From NCBI GenBank assembly GCA_964387845.1, contig CAYLXA010000003.1, positions 32,001-96,000 of the forward strand: a DNA stretch of 64,000 bases, written 5' to 3'. The notes under the pieces were generated by a model. The model made no database searches and was not told where the DNA came from. It was given only the letters and a program-made list of their open reading frames with translations. Below are positions 19,018-28,739 of the stretch, one piece after another. How positions within the stretch are numbered: the first letter of the stretch is position 1; the number at the start of each line of letters is the position of its first letter. The position numbers and the translations under genes are program-made. The DNA is from an uncultured bacterium (GTDB lineage: Bacteria; Omnitrophota; Omnitrophia; Omnitrophales; Abzuiibacteriaceae).

Positions 19018-20169
19018 TTACCAACGTTTTAATATCAGCCGGATTTTATCAAGAATGTAGGCTTGTTCCTGAACGCTTAATTCATTGTAGAAAGGAAGCC
19101 TTAATATTCTCTCGCTCACACTCTCCGTGACGGGTAAGTCGCCCCGGCGATATCCCCACTGTTTTCCCATGGGCGATAAATGAAGCGGGATATAGTGAAA
19201 AATGGACATCACCCCGTATTTTTTCAGCCCCGCCATCATTTTGTCTCTTTGCCGGCGGGTTGGAAATACCATGTAAAACATATGCGCATTGCCCCGGCAA
19301 TGCTTCGGAATAACGGGAAGTCGAAAATAGCCTTGCCGTTCAAATACTTTCAAATAATCGTGATAACGCCGGTAGATACGGTCTCTTTTTTCTTCAATCT
19401 CATCCAAATTTTCAAGCTGTGCATACAAAAATGCGGAAATCAATTCCGACGGGAGAAATGAAGATCCGATATCACGCCAGGTATATTTGTCCACCTCTCC
19501 CCGGAAAAACCGGCACCTGTCTGTGCCTTTCTCCCAAACCATTTCCGCCCGGCTGATGTATTTCTCCCGGTTGATCAGAAGCGCGCCGCCTTCTCCGCTA
19601 ATGCAATTTTTGGTTTCATGGAAACTCAATGTTCCAAAATCGCCGATTGTGCCCAAATATTTTCCTTTGTACTTTGCGTTGATCCCCTGCGCAGCATCCT
19701 CAACCACTTTTAATCCGTAATGGCTGGCCGTTTTCATTATTTCGTCCATTTCGCAGCCGACACCCGCATAATGAACCGGGAAAATAGCTTTTACTTTTTT
19801 ATTTACACTTTTTCTGACCAGCGTTTCATCCAGATTCAAGGTATCGGGCCGGATATCAACAAACTTCGGAACCGCACCGCGGAGAACAAATGCATTGACG
19901 GTAGAAACAAAAGTGAAGGAAGGTGCGATAACTTGATCGTTTGGCTTGAGGTCAATCAAAATAGATGCCATCTCCAACGCAGTCGTGCAGGAAGTTGTGA
20001 GAAGCGTTTTTTTGACACCAAATTTCTTTTCGATAAGCGACTGGCATTTTTGCGTAAAAATTCCGTCTCCGGAAATTTTCCCGCTCCGGACAGCATCACG
20101 AATGTACTGCAGCTCACTTCCGACAAAACAGGGGCGGTTGAACGGGATTTTTATTTTTGATTGAGCCAT
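19018..20169 (-). CDS. DegT/DnrJ/EryC1/StrS-family PLP-dependent sugar aminotransferase (ArnB/WecE-like)
   Basis: 383 aa; family-typical motifs (SGEGGALLIN, HYIPLHL). Confidence 0.85.
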   Translation of the reverse strand: MAQSKIKIPFNRPCFVGSELQYIRDAVRSGKISGDGIFTQKCQSLIEKKFGVKKTLLTTSCTTALEMASILIDLKPNDQVIAPSFTFVSTVNAFVLRGAVPKFVDIRPDTLNLDETLVRKSVNKKVKAIFPVHYAGVGCEMDEIMKTASHYGLKVVEDAAQGINAKYKGKYLGTIGDFGTLSFHETKNCISGEGGALLINREKYISRAEMVWEKGTDRCRFFRGEVDKYTWRDIGSSFLPSELISAFLYAQLENLDEIEEKRDRIYRRYHDYLKVFERQGYFRLPVIPKHCRGNAHMFYMVFPTRRQRDKMMAGLKKYGVMSIFHYIPLHLSPMGKQWGYRRGDLPVTESVSERILRLPFYNELSVQEQAYILDKIRLILKRW

Positions 20170-20879
20170 AAATGATAAACAGGTGTTTTAGAAATAATTT
20201 TAAATCCCGATTTTTGATAAGCCAAAACGGCACCCATATTGGCCTCCTGCGTCACTACTTTAAGTTTTTTCACGCCCAACCGAGCCGCTTCGGCCTTGGC
20301 GGCTCCAAGCAAGCTTCGGCCGATTCCTTTTCCCTGAAACTTTTTCGAAACCCCGAATAGGTCAATGTACAAATCCTTCCCCTTTTTTCGAAGTGTCACT
20401 AAGCCAACGATCCGATTGCCAATTTTATAACCAAGCGCAGACCGGCAATAACCCGATAAAACAGATTTCTTAATCCAGAGTCTATAAAGTTTTTTAGAAG
20501 CCGCCGGACCAAATCTTGGATCAATATAAAACCTGCTCTTCTTACAAATTTCGTTTTCGGCAATTTTGATACAGTCGTTCAGATACGATTTTTGTCTCTT
20601 AACAATGTGTATATTTTTGTCTGATATAAAATTAAATTTTCTCGATAACAGAACTTCTAATATCACTTTGCTGCCTGCTGAAAAAAACCGGCGCCTCAGA
20701 AAAGAATGCAGGGCCGGCCGGCTGTTTTGATTTTCAAAATACAGGCAGCGGTATGCCTTTTGATTGGCTTCGTGCAAAACCGGATTTAATTGGCTCAAAG
20801 CATCGGTGAGCTTAACGATTTTTCCGATTTTTAAGCCAAAAAAACGTGAATCCCAGCTCAAATATTTGATGGTTCGCAT
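20151..20879 (-). CDS. GNAT N-acetyltransferase, WecD (TDP-fucosamine acetyltransferase)-like
   Basis: 242 aa; N-terminal LSWDSRFFGLKIGKI resembling WecD N-domain, C-terminal GNAT (VSKKFQGKGIGRSLL). Confidence 0.6.
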   Translation of the reverse strand: MRTIKYLSWDSRFFGLKIGKIVKLTDALSQLNPVLHEANQKAYRCLYFENQNSRPALHSFLRRRFFSAGSKVILEVLLSRKFNFISDKNIHIVKRQKSYLNDCIKIAENEICKKSRFYIDPRFGPAASKKLYRLWIKKSVLSGYCRSALGYKIGNRIVGLVTLRKKGKDLYIDLFGVSKKFQGKGIGRSLLGAAKAEAARLGVKKLKVVTQEANMGAVLAYQKSGFKIISKTPVYHLWLNQK

Positions 20880-21805
20880 TAGCCGAGAGTTGACCGGACC
20901 ATATACTGCGGCTTCTTATTCAGGTTCAAGTGAACGCGTCCAATGTATTCGCCAATAATACCCAACGACAGCAGCTGAACTCCTGAGAAAAACGTGATGA
21001 GCGTTACGAGAGCCGTGAACCCCATGACCGGAGTTCCGAAAATAATCTTTTTTATGAAAAAGTAAAATCCAATTAAAAATCCGAATAGCGAAAAAACAAT
21101 CCCCAATATAGAAGCCGCCTGTAATGGGACGGTGGAAAAATTGGTCAGCATATTGACGCTCAAGTTGACCAATTTATTAATGTTGTAGTTGGACTTTCCG
21201 ATTTGCCTGGGAAGATGCGAAACCGGGATAGTCGCGATTTTTTGTGTGTACCAAGCAAGCAACCCGTCAATAAAAGTGAAATTGAGTTCATACGCCATCG
21301 CAGCTTCGACAATTTCCCTTCGCATAATTCTAAAGGAGGTCAAATTATTTTTGAGGCCGAATGCTTTTTTGTAAATATACTGCACAAGCGAGGAACCTAT
21401 ATTTCTAAACCAATGATGCTTTTTTGTTTCGTAAGACCCATACACGACATCGTAGCCCTCTTGGATTTTCTGGATAAGTTTTGGAATATCTTCCGGCAAT
21501 ATTTGCAGATCATCATCAATGGTCACAATGTAATCCCCTTTTGCATAGCGAAACCCGCACATCAGAGCGTTGTGCTGGCCAAAATTACGCATTAGCTGAA
21601 TCGCTTTGATTCTGCTGTTGGTTTTGCACAACTCCGTAATCACCTGCCATGAGCGGTCTTTGCTGGCGTCGTCGATCAAGATAAGATCGTAGTGATCCGC
21701 AATAGGTTTCAAAACCTGGTCAAGCCGGCCGCAAAGCTCCTTCAAAGTTTGCTCGCTGTTATAGACCGGCACACATACTGAAAGTGATATTTTTTTCTGT
21801 GTCAT
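20879..21805 (-). CDS. Family-2 glycosyltransferase, polyprenyl-phosphate sugar transferase (ArnC/DPM-like) with two C-terminal TM helices
   Basis: 308 aa; SVCVPVYNSE, DDxD (LILIDDASKD), TIDDDLQ, C-terminal hydrophobic helices. Confidence 0.8.
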   Translation of the reverse strand: MTQKKISLSVCVPVYNSEQTLKELCGRLDQVLKPIADHYDLILIDDASKDRSWQVITELCKTNSRIKAIQLMRNFGQHNALMCGFRYAKGDYIVTIDDDLQILPEDIPKLIQKIQEGYDVVYGSYETKKHHWFRNIGSSLVQYIYKKAFGLKNNLTSFRIMRREIVEAAMAYELNFTFIDGLLAWYTQKIATIPVSHLPRQIGKSNYNINKLVNLSVNMLTNFSTVPLQAASILGIVFSLFGFLIGFYFFIKKIIFGTPVMGFTALVTLITFFSGVQLLSLGIIGEYIGRVHLNLNKKPQYMVRSTLG

Positions 21806-21822
21806 TTTTGATTTTCCTTAGT

Positions 21823-23583
21823 TCAAAATGCCTTCTGGACTTTAAAGTCTTTTTCTTCGAGCGCACGTATTTTAAGCAGATCCGGTATCTTGAAATGGTC
21901 CGGTACGTTATTTATCATAGACTCTATTCTGGGTAAATAAAATTCGGCGGGCTCTAAAATGGTTACATTGTCTTTTTTCTTATATATTTTCTTAATGTTC
22001 CTGATAACAACTAATTTTTCTTCCTGGCTCAACAATTTCCACCATGCAACCGTTCCAATCTTAAAATCTTTTCGGATATAAATGCGATTATCGCCCAATT
22101 CGATATCGATTGTATAATTTTCATCAATTTCCCGATTGACCAGGTTTTGAGCATTTTCGTTCAGATATACGATACCCTTTTTGGGCATCAAAATAAGGGC
22201 GGGCTTCTTCTCAAAAATTTCTCTTACCATGCCTTCTTGAGTGACTTTTTTTCCTTCAAAAGCGCTAATAAACGCTTCTTTTTCAAGGTTTGATGGGTGT
22301 GCTTGTTTAGTGGGAATCAAAGAATCTGTAAACCAATAAAGAATATGATGAGTAGCAAAGAAAACATAACGACCTGATAAATTGTACGTCTTCTCCAAAT
22401 ACTGATTCAAAACATTAACGCGGTCCGGCCTGTCCAATTGTTCGTACTTAATTCTCAATGGATACAACGTCCATAAAAAACTAGAAGCAACCATAAGTGC
22501 AATAATCCATTTCCATCTACCTAAACTAAAACCGTAAGCAATCAATAAACCGGCTGTGATAGACAGCATGGGTAATAGCGGAATTAAATAATGGCCATAT
22601 CCCCATCCCGTTGTGAGTATGGAAAGCAGCATTGAAATAAAAAATATTAAAAAAATTCGGGTGGTTTTTCTCTGCTCGTCATTAAAAACTTGGCTTAAAC
22701 ATCCCAGCAAAAACCCGGCCAGCGAAGCAAGCCAGATAAAAAAACGGTGCGAAACAATCGACATTTTAAATAAATCTATCGTCCGCTCAACTCTTCCCAT
22801 GCTGATTCCCAGAAATGATTTCTCGCTCTGTGCTTCAATGTAAACTAAACAAGCATCAATCATTGTTCTTTTCAGCGTATCGAATTCATGATTTGCAAAA
22901 TAAACAGCCGAGACTGCAAAAATAGGAAATAGATACCCAAGAAAAAACGACAGGCTGTCAGAAAGCGCTCTTTTTTTATCCTGACGAAAATGCCTTAGTA
23001 AAACAACCAGAAATGCTACGAGTACAAAATAAACGATATTGTGCCGAACCAAAGTTGCGATCGATAAAAAAACACCGGCCCAAAATACATGGCTTTTCTT
23101 TTTCCCGGTTATTAAAAACCACAAAAAAAGGCTGATTGGGACCGACGCGATGTGTTCACCCATGGTGGATTGACCGGAATGAAACGTGCTGGAATAAATA
23201 ATATGGATAACACCCGCCCAAAATCCCGCTAAGCGCCCATAAATTCTTTTTCCAAGGAGATAGATAATAAATGCGGTTGACAAGATACACAAAAGGCCCA
23301 AAACGCGTATCGCAATGATGCTTTTCCCGAATAAAAGGATGGTCAGCGCAAATGGCAGGTATAAAAGAGGCGGATAGCCACACCAATAATTCGTGAGCGG
23401 CAGATAACCGTTCACCACATCTTGGGCTATTAGAATGCTTGTGCTTTCATCCCAATCAATTTCATATGGAAAAAAATCCGGTAAACGGATGAGAAGAGCA
23501 AGGCAAAGAAAGAAAATGAGGGCCCAGAATTTATTGTCGATTAAGCGGTCAAATTTGTCTAACTTGACGCTAGGCGCTTGCAT
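21823..23583 (-). CDS. GT-C fold glycosyltransferase (ArnT/PMT, GT39/GT83-like)
   Basis: 586 aa; about 11-13 TM helices plus C-terminal soluble domain; follows ArnC-like GT2 in operon. Confidence 0.55.
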   Translation of the reverse strand: MQAPSVKLDKFDRLIDNKFWALIFFLCLALLIRLPDFFPYEIDWDESTSILIAQDVVNGYLPLTNYWCGYPPLLYLPFALTILLFGKSIIAIRVLGLLCILSTAFIIYLLGKRIYGRLAGFWAGVIHIIYSSTFHSGQSTMGEHIASVPISLFLWFLITGKKKSHVFWAGVFLSIATLVRHNIVYFVLVAFLVVLLRHFRQDKKRALSDSLSFFLGYLFPIFAVSAVYFANHEFDTLKRTMIDACLVYIEAQSEKSFLGISMGRVERTIDLFKMSIVSHRFFIWLASLAGFLLGCLSQVFNDEQRKTTRIFLIFFISMLLSILTTGWGYGHYLIPLLPMLSITAGLLIAYGFSLGRWKWIIALMVASSFLWTLYPLRIKYEQLDRPDRVNVLNQYLEKTYNLSGRYVFFATHHILYWFTDSLIPTKQAHPSNLEKEAFISAFEGKKVTQEGMVREIFEKKPALILMPKKGIVYLNENAQNLVNREIDENYTIDIELGDNRIYIRKDFKIGTVAWWKLLSQEEKLVVIRNIKKIYKKKDNVTILEPAEFYLPRIESMINNVPDHFKIPDLLKIRALEEKDFKVQKAF

Positions 23584-23601
23584 TATCGGATGATTATTGA
23601 A

Positions 23602-24138
23602 CTAACTATTTGTAATTTTTCCACGCTTAGGATTGAGCAGTTCGTTGATATCCAGCATCATTTCTTCTCGGCTGTAGGCGGCAATATCCAAAATTTGTGT
23701 ATCCATCCTGATCGCATCTTCGGGGCATGCTTCCACGCAAAACCCGCAATAAACGCATTTTCCGAGATCGATGTCGAAACTTGAGGGGCGCTTTTCAATA
23801 TTGGGATCGGGATGCTCTTCGGCAACAATATAAATACAGCGTGCCGGACACACGGTTTCACACATCATGCAAGCTACGCAGCGCGGGCTTCCGTCGTCGC
23901 GCTTGGTCAAGCGGTGGCGCGTCCGTGAGCGGTGAGCAAGCGGCGTTTGCTGATCGGGATACTGAACCGTTACAGAAGCCGGAATATTTCTGAATAATCC
24001 GAAAAGATGAAGAATGTGAAGCGTAAAATTCTTTAAGAAATGGCGCGTCGTAATCCAAAGCCCAAAAAAAATCGCGGGCAGATAAATCCGCTGCCAAAAT
24101 GTCATTTTTGGTTGATGAATGACTTTTGTTTTAATCAT
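23602..24138 (-). CDS. nuoI: NADH-quinone oxidoreductase subunit I
   Basis: Two 4Fe-4S ferredoxin motifs CVACMMCETVCP and CVYCGFCVEACP. Confidence 0.9.
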   Translation of the reverse strand: MIKTKVIHQPKMTFWQRIYLPAIFFGLWITTRHFLKNFTLHILHLFGLFRNIPASVTVQYPDQQTPLAHRSRTRHRLTKRDDGSPRCVACMMCETVCPARCIYIVAEEHPDPNIEKRPSSFDIDLGKCVYCGFCVEACPEDAIRMDTQILDIAAYSREEMMLDINELLNPKRGKITNS

Positions 24139-25250
24139 CGCCAGTTTTCCAAGATTAAAATGATAACGGCCGTTACAAAAACATTCGCAAGTGCAATCGG
24201 GAAAATGATTTTCCAGCCGAGCCGGAGCAACTGGTCATACCGGAACCTGGGCAAAGTCCAGCGGATCATCATGAACAGCCAGCAGAAAAAGAAAACTTTC
24301 AGGCTGAAACTCGCGATTTGTAGGATAGAAACCGTCATGGAGGATAGCAGCCAGGTTTCGCCCCAGGGAAAATAAAATCCGTCCGAAAAAAGCCACGGTA
24401 CCTGCCAGCCGCCGAAGAAAAGTGTGGTCGCGAGGCACGCAATCATGATGGTTTCCACAAAATCCGTGAGGAAAAACATGCCGAATTTCATGCCGCTATA
24501 TTCCACAAAGTAGCCGACAATTTCCGATTCACCTTCCGGCACATCAAACGGCACGCGCTTCGTTTCCGCAATACCGGCCGCTAAAAATAGGAAAAATCCG
24601 AGCGGCTGAATCACAAACCCCCAATTCGGGATCCAACCATTTAAAAAATAACCGCCCTGCGCTTTCACTAATTCCTGAAGATTGAGTGTTTCATACGCCA
24701 TAACGAGACCCATGATCGTGAGACCCATCGCAATTTCGTAAGAAAGCATCTGGCTTGAAGCCCTGAGACCGCCCAGGAAAGAATAATTATTGTTGGACGA
24801 AAAACCGGCCAAAATAACGCCGTAAACGCCCATCGATGTCATCGCAAAAATATAGAGCAGTGCGACATTCAAATCCGCAACCTGCAAATTAACGGTTCGC
24901 CCTGCGATTTCAATCGTGTTGCCGAACGGAATCGCTGCAAAACCAACGAGCGCGAAGAAAACGGAAAGAAGAGGCGCGAGCGTGAATAAAAATTTGTTGG
25001 CGGTCGGCGGAATATAATCCTCTTTCGTGAACATTTTGATCATATCCGCAATGGGATGAAAAAGCCCGAAAAGCGTAACCCCAAAAATTGATGCGCGGTT
25101 TGCGCCAACCCGGTCCTGAATGACCGCGCTTTGCTTTCGCTCAAGCCATGTATGAAGCGCGGCTAAATTGAGAACTCCGCCCAAAACAATCGCAGATAAA
25201 ATGGAGGGAACTAAAATCGTTTCGATCATAAACACATGGTGGTTTCGCAT
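24135..25250 (-). CDS. nuoH: NADH-quinone oxidoreductase subunit H
   Basis: 371 aa polytopic membrane protein with NuoH/ND1 conserved segments (LAERKQSAVIQDRVGANRA, GWIPNWGFVIQPLGFF). Confidence 0.9.
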   Translation of the reverse strand: MRNHHVFMIETILVPSILSAIVLGGVLNLAALHTWLERKQSAVIQDRVGANRASIFGVTLFGLFHPIADMIKMFTKEDYIPPTANKFLFTLAPLLSVFFALVGFAAIPFGNTIEIAGRTVNLQVADLNVALLYIFAMTSMGVYGVILAGFSSNNNYSFLGGLRASSQMLSYEIAMGLTIMGLVMAYETLNLQELVKAQGGYFLNGWIPNWGFVIQPLGFFLFLAAGIAETKRVPFDVPEGESEIVGYFVEYSGMKFGMFFLTDFVETIMIACLATTLFFGGWQVPWLFSDGFYFPWGETWLLSSMTVSILQIASFSLKVFFFCWLFMMIRWTLPRFRYDQLLRLGWKIIFPIALANVFVTAVIILILENWR

Positions 25251-26827
25251 TCGGCGTGCTTTTTAGCATCCAGCACCTTCCACACACCGCTCATTTTGCT
25301 ATTCATCTCTTCAAAAACACTCTTTTCGTTCGCATACTGCCATTCAAAGCCAAATTTTCCGGCCAAAATAGAGAGAATTTCCAAATCCTTTCTCGCATTT
25401 CCGATTGGTGTAAGCGCTTGTGAAAAGTGCTGCGTTTTTCCCTCAAAATTTGTGAAAGTTCCGCTCAATTCCGCATAAGCAGCGCTCGGCAGCACATAAT
25501 CACAAGCTTCAGAGGTTAAGCTGGTGTTCATCCCATGAAAAATGGTGAGTTCGATTTTCTCAAAAATCTCGGAAATCTTGGGGTCTTTCACGAGCGTCAG
25601 AAAATCCTGGCCGAATAAGTAAAGTGCTTTGAGCTTTCCCTGCTTCGCAAGCTCAACCACTTTCTCGATTTTCGCACCTGATTCTTTAAAGCCCAGAAGT
25701 TCGGCGCCTTTTCGGTTTGGATTTTTATCGGCGCGAATCAGAAAATCGTCTTCGTAGCCTTCTTTGTTTGGCGATAACAAATAAACATGAGGAAGTTTTA
25801 ATTCTTCGGAAAACAATTTTTTCGCCAAATATAACGATTCGTTCGAAAGTTGAGGCGACAATAGAACCGCTGCAGCACGCGGATCTTCTTTTACGGCATC
25901 AATCCACTTTGTTGAAACTTCAACCAAAGCATCATCCCAATCCAAAACTTCGGGTACTTTGTTGATCCTGCGCGACGGCTCCAAAATACGGTCTTGATCG
26001 ATCCACTTGTAACCATAGCGGCCTTCATCACAAATCCACCACTGGTTGATTTCCGGGTTGTAGCGCGGCTTCAGGCGCATGAGACGTTCGCCGTGTCCGT
26101 GATGTTTGCGTTCGGTGTTGACTTCCATCGAAATCGAACAGCCGCGTGAACAGCCGCTGCAAATTGAATTGGCTTTTCTCAAATACCAAACCCGCACTTT
26201 AAACCTGAAATCGCGGTCTGTGAGCGCGCCGACCGGACAAATGTCCACAACATTTCCCGAATACTTGTTATCAAGCTCTTTTCCCGGATAAAGGCCGATT
26301 TCCGCATGATCACCGCGGTTAAAGATTCCAAAGTCGTTTGTTTTCGTAATCTCATCCGAATAACGCACGCAGCGCGAACACAAAATACAGCGTTCGGAAT
26401 CTAACATCACGTTGGGCCCGATCGGAACCGCTTTTTTCTTTTTTACCTTTGATTCGTTCAGCTTCGAATCATAAAGCCCATGCTTCATGTAATAATCTTG
26501 AAGCCCGCACTCACCCGCCTGATCGCACACGGGACAATCCAAAGGATGATTAACAAGCAGAAATTCTAACACGTGCTCGCGCATGAGCTTGACTTTCTCG
26601 GTGCTGGTTTTCACCACCATGCCGTCTGTGCATTCAATGTGGCAGGAAATTTGAAGTTTCGGGGTTTTCTCGATTTCAACTAAACACATGCGGCAATTGC
26701 CCGCAATGCTCAAACCAGGATGATAGCAATAATGAGGGATGTCGATGCCAAGCTGCTTGGCGGCCTGGATGACGCGCGTTCCCTTTTCGACTGTGACTTC
26801 TTTTCCGTCAATGGTTAATGTTGGCAT
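25226..26827 (-). CDS. nuoG: NADH-quinone oxidoreductase subunit G (short form)
   Basis: 533 aa; N-terminal 2Fe-2S (CYHPGLSIAGNCRMC), 4Fe-4S clusters (CDQAGECGLQD, CILCSRCVRY); shorter than typical NuoG. Confidence 0.85.
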   Translation of the reverse strand: MPTLTIDGKEVTVEKGTRVIQAAKQLGIDIPHYCYHPGLSIAGNCRMCLVEIEKTPKLQISCHIECTDGMVVKTSTEKVKLMREHVLEFLLVNHPLDCPVCDQAGECGLQDYYMKHGLYDSKLNESKVKKKKAVPIGPNVMLDSERCILCSRCVRYSDEITKTNDFGIFNRGDHAEIGLYPGKELDNKYSGNVVDICPVGALTDRDFRFKVRVWYLRKANSICSGCSRGCSISMEVNTERKHHGHGERLMRLKPRYNPEINQWWICDEGRYGYKWIDQDRILEPSRRINKVPEVLDWDDALVEVSTKWIDAVKEDPRAAAVLLSPQLSNESLYLAKKLFSEELKLPHVYLLSPNKEGYEDDFLIRADKNPNRKGAELLGFKESGAKIEKVVELAKQGKLKALYLFGQDFLTLVKDPKISEIFEKIELTIFHGMNTSLTSEACDYVLPSAAYAELSGTFTNFEGKTQHFSQALTPIGNARKDLEILSILAGKFGFEWQYANEKSVFEEMNSKMSGVWKVLDAKKHAECETTMCL

Positions 26828-28118
26828 ATTCGGACTTTTCTAAATCGCATTTTTTTTCTTTGATATGGTACTCAAATTCCGAACGAAATTTTTTCAAATA
26901 ACTCAAAAGCGGCATTTGAGCGCCGTCTGCAAGCGCGCAGATCGTCGTGCCGCCCATAAAACTCCCGATATCGATCACATTCTCAACATCTGAAGACCGC
27001 CCGTTCCCGTCTAGCACGCGTTTGAAAATCCTGGAAATCCATCCTGTCCCTTCGCGGCACGGTGAACACTGGCCGCAAGATTCGTGCGCGTAAAAATTCA
27101 TAGTGACCGAAAGTGCTTTGACCATGCAGACCGTTTCATCAAACACAACCACGCCGCCTGAGCCGCCCATGGAACCGATTGCTCTCAGAGAATCAAAATC
27201 CATTTTCACGTCAATTTCAGATGGCGCAAGAATTGAAGCGGACAATCCGCCTGGCACAACGGCCTTCAGTTTGTGGCCTTTGCGGACACCGCCGGCATCT
27301 TCAATCAGCTGCCGGAGCGGAATTCCGAGCGGGCGCTCGTAAACACCCGGACGCTCAACGTGGCCGCTCACGCTAAAAAGACGCATGCCGCCGTTCTTAT
27401 CGGAGCCGACATTCGCGAACCACTCGGGGCCTTTTTTCAAAATGAACGGCAAATAAGAAAGTGTTTCGACGTTATTAATTACGGTCGGACAATTAAAAAG
27501 CCCGATCACGGCAGGAAAAGGCGGTTTTAAACGCGGCAATCCTTTTTTTCCTTCCAAAGATTCTAAAAGCCCCGTTTCTTCGCCGCAAATGTAGGCGCCG
27601 GCGCCTCGGTGAACCACTACGTCCAAATCAAACCCGGTTCCAAAAATATTTTTCCCGAGGTAATTTTTAGAAACCGCTTCTTCAACTGCTTTCACCATTC
27701 GTTCATATGAAATTTGATATTCACCGCGGATATAAATGTAAGCTTTGTGAATACCGACCGCATATGCGCAAAGCAAAATTCCTTCAAGCAAAAGATGCGG
27801 CGCAAAATTCATAATATATTTATCTTTGAATGTGCCCGGCTCGCCTTCATCGGCGTTGACCACCAAATAAATCGGCTTTCCGGTATTGCGCGGCACAAAA
27901 CTCCATTTCATGCCGCAGCCAAAACCGGCGCCGCCGAGCCCGCGAAGGTTTGATTTTTTCACGATTGCTTCGACTTCCTCCGGCTTTACTTCTTTCAACA
28001 CACGTTTCGCCGTTTCCCAGCCGCCGTTTTCAAGATAAACCGGCAGTGTGTGAGAATTTTGTATGTCGAAGAACTTTGAAATTAATTTTTCCATTATTGC
28101 CTTAAATTCAAATCTCAA
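26808..28118 (-). CDS. nuoF: NADH-quinone oxidoreductase subunit F
   Basis: 436 aa; FMN/NADH-binding motifs (GLRGLGGAGFGCGMKW, GAGAYICGEETGLLESLEGK), 4Fe-4S CGQCSPCREG. Confidence 0.9.
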   Translation of the reverse strand: MRFEFKAIMEKLISKFFDIQNSHTLPVYLENGGWETAKRVLKEVKPEEVEAIVKKSNLRGLGGAGFGCGMKWSFVPRNTGKPIYLVVNADEGEPGTFKDKYIMNFAPHLLLEGILLCAYAVGIHKAYIYIRGEYQISYERMVKAVEEAVSKNYLGKNIFGTGFDLDVVVHRGAGAYICGEETGLLESLEGKKGLPRLKPPFPAVIGLFNCPTVINNVETLSYLPFILKKGPEWFANVGSDKNGGMRLFSVSGHVERPGVYERPLGIPLRQLIEDAGGVRKGHKLKAVVPGGLSASILAPSEIDVKMDFDSLRAIGSMGGSGGVVVFDETVCMVKALSVTMNFYAHESCGQCSPCREGTGWISRIFKRVLDGNGRSSDVENVIDIGSFMGGTTICALADGAQMPLLSYLKKFRSEFEYHIKEKKCDLEKSEYANINH

Positions 28119-28170
28119 ATTTCAAATATCAAAACGAGTTTTTGAATTTTGATATTTTAATTTTGAATTT
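28105..28170. repeat. AT-rich palindromic repeat, family B copy 1 (tcaaatatcaaaac...ttttgatattt)
   Basis: Inverted repeat in 50-nt nuoF/nuoE spacer; same motif recurs at 61939..61996 and 63277..63358. Confidence 0.7.
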
Positions 28171-28648
28171 ACTTACATTCTCTCAATATTTCATCTACTT
28201 TCTCAACTGTGAGCGGGCCAACATAATCTTTATTCACCATCATCATCGGCGCAATTTCGCAAGCACCGAGACATTCAACCGTCTCGAGCCCGAATTTTCC
28301 GTCCGGCGTTTGCTGGCCAACGTCAACACCGAGCCGTTCTTTCAAATAATGAACAATTTTGTCGGAACCCAGAAGCGAACATGTAAGCGTTCGGCAAACA
28401 CTAAGCTGATTTTTTGCACAAGGCTTTGAATGAAACAGGGTGTAAAACGTCATCACTTCCCTGACATCGACAACGGGAACTTCCAAAAGCACGGCAACTT
28501 CCTGCTCTGCCGCCTGCGAGATAAATCCGTAAGTTTCCTGAACGAGCCGCAAAACGGGCAGCATCGCCGCGCGTTTTTGCGGATAATTCGCAAGAATTTT
28601 TTCAGCTTTCTTTTTGAGTTCAGAGTTTAGTATTTCATTTTGTATCAT
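28169..28648 (-). CDS. nuoE: NADH-quinone oxidoreductase subunit E
   Basis: 159 aa; 2Fe-2S thioredoxin-like Cys pattern (CAKNQLSVCRTLTC...CLGACEIAP). Confidence 0.9.
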   Translation of the reverse strand: MIQNEILNSELKKKAEKILANYPQKRAAMLPVLRLVQETYGFISQAAEQEVAVLLEVPVVDVREVMTFYTLFHSKPCAKNQLSVCRTLTCSLLGSDKIVHYLKERLGVDVGQQTPDGKFGLETVECLGACEIAPMMMVNKDYVGPLTVEKVDEILRECK

Positions 28649-28663
28649 CGCGATATATCCATT

Positions 28664-28738
28664 GCTGCAAGCTACAGGCTACAAGCTTCAAGCTTAATCA
28701 ATTGAAGCCTGAAGCTTGTGGCTTGCGGCCTGAAGCTG
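28664..28738. repeat. GC-richer palindromic repeat, family A full copy (gctacaagcttcaagc - loop - gaagcctgaagcttg)
   Basis: About 75-nt hairpin in nuoE/nuoD spacer; its two arms match the half-elements at 807..848 and 1218..1262. Confidence 0.75.
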
Positions 28739-28739
28739 T

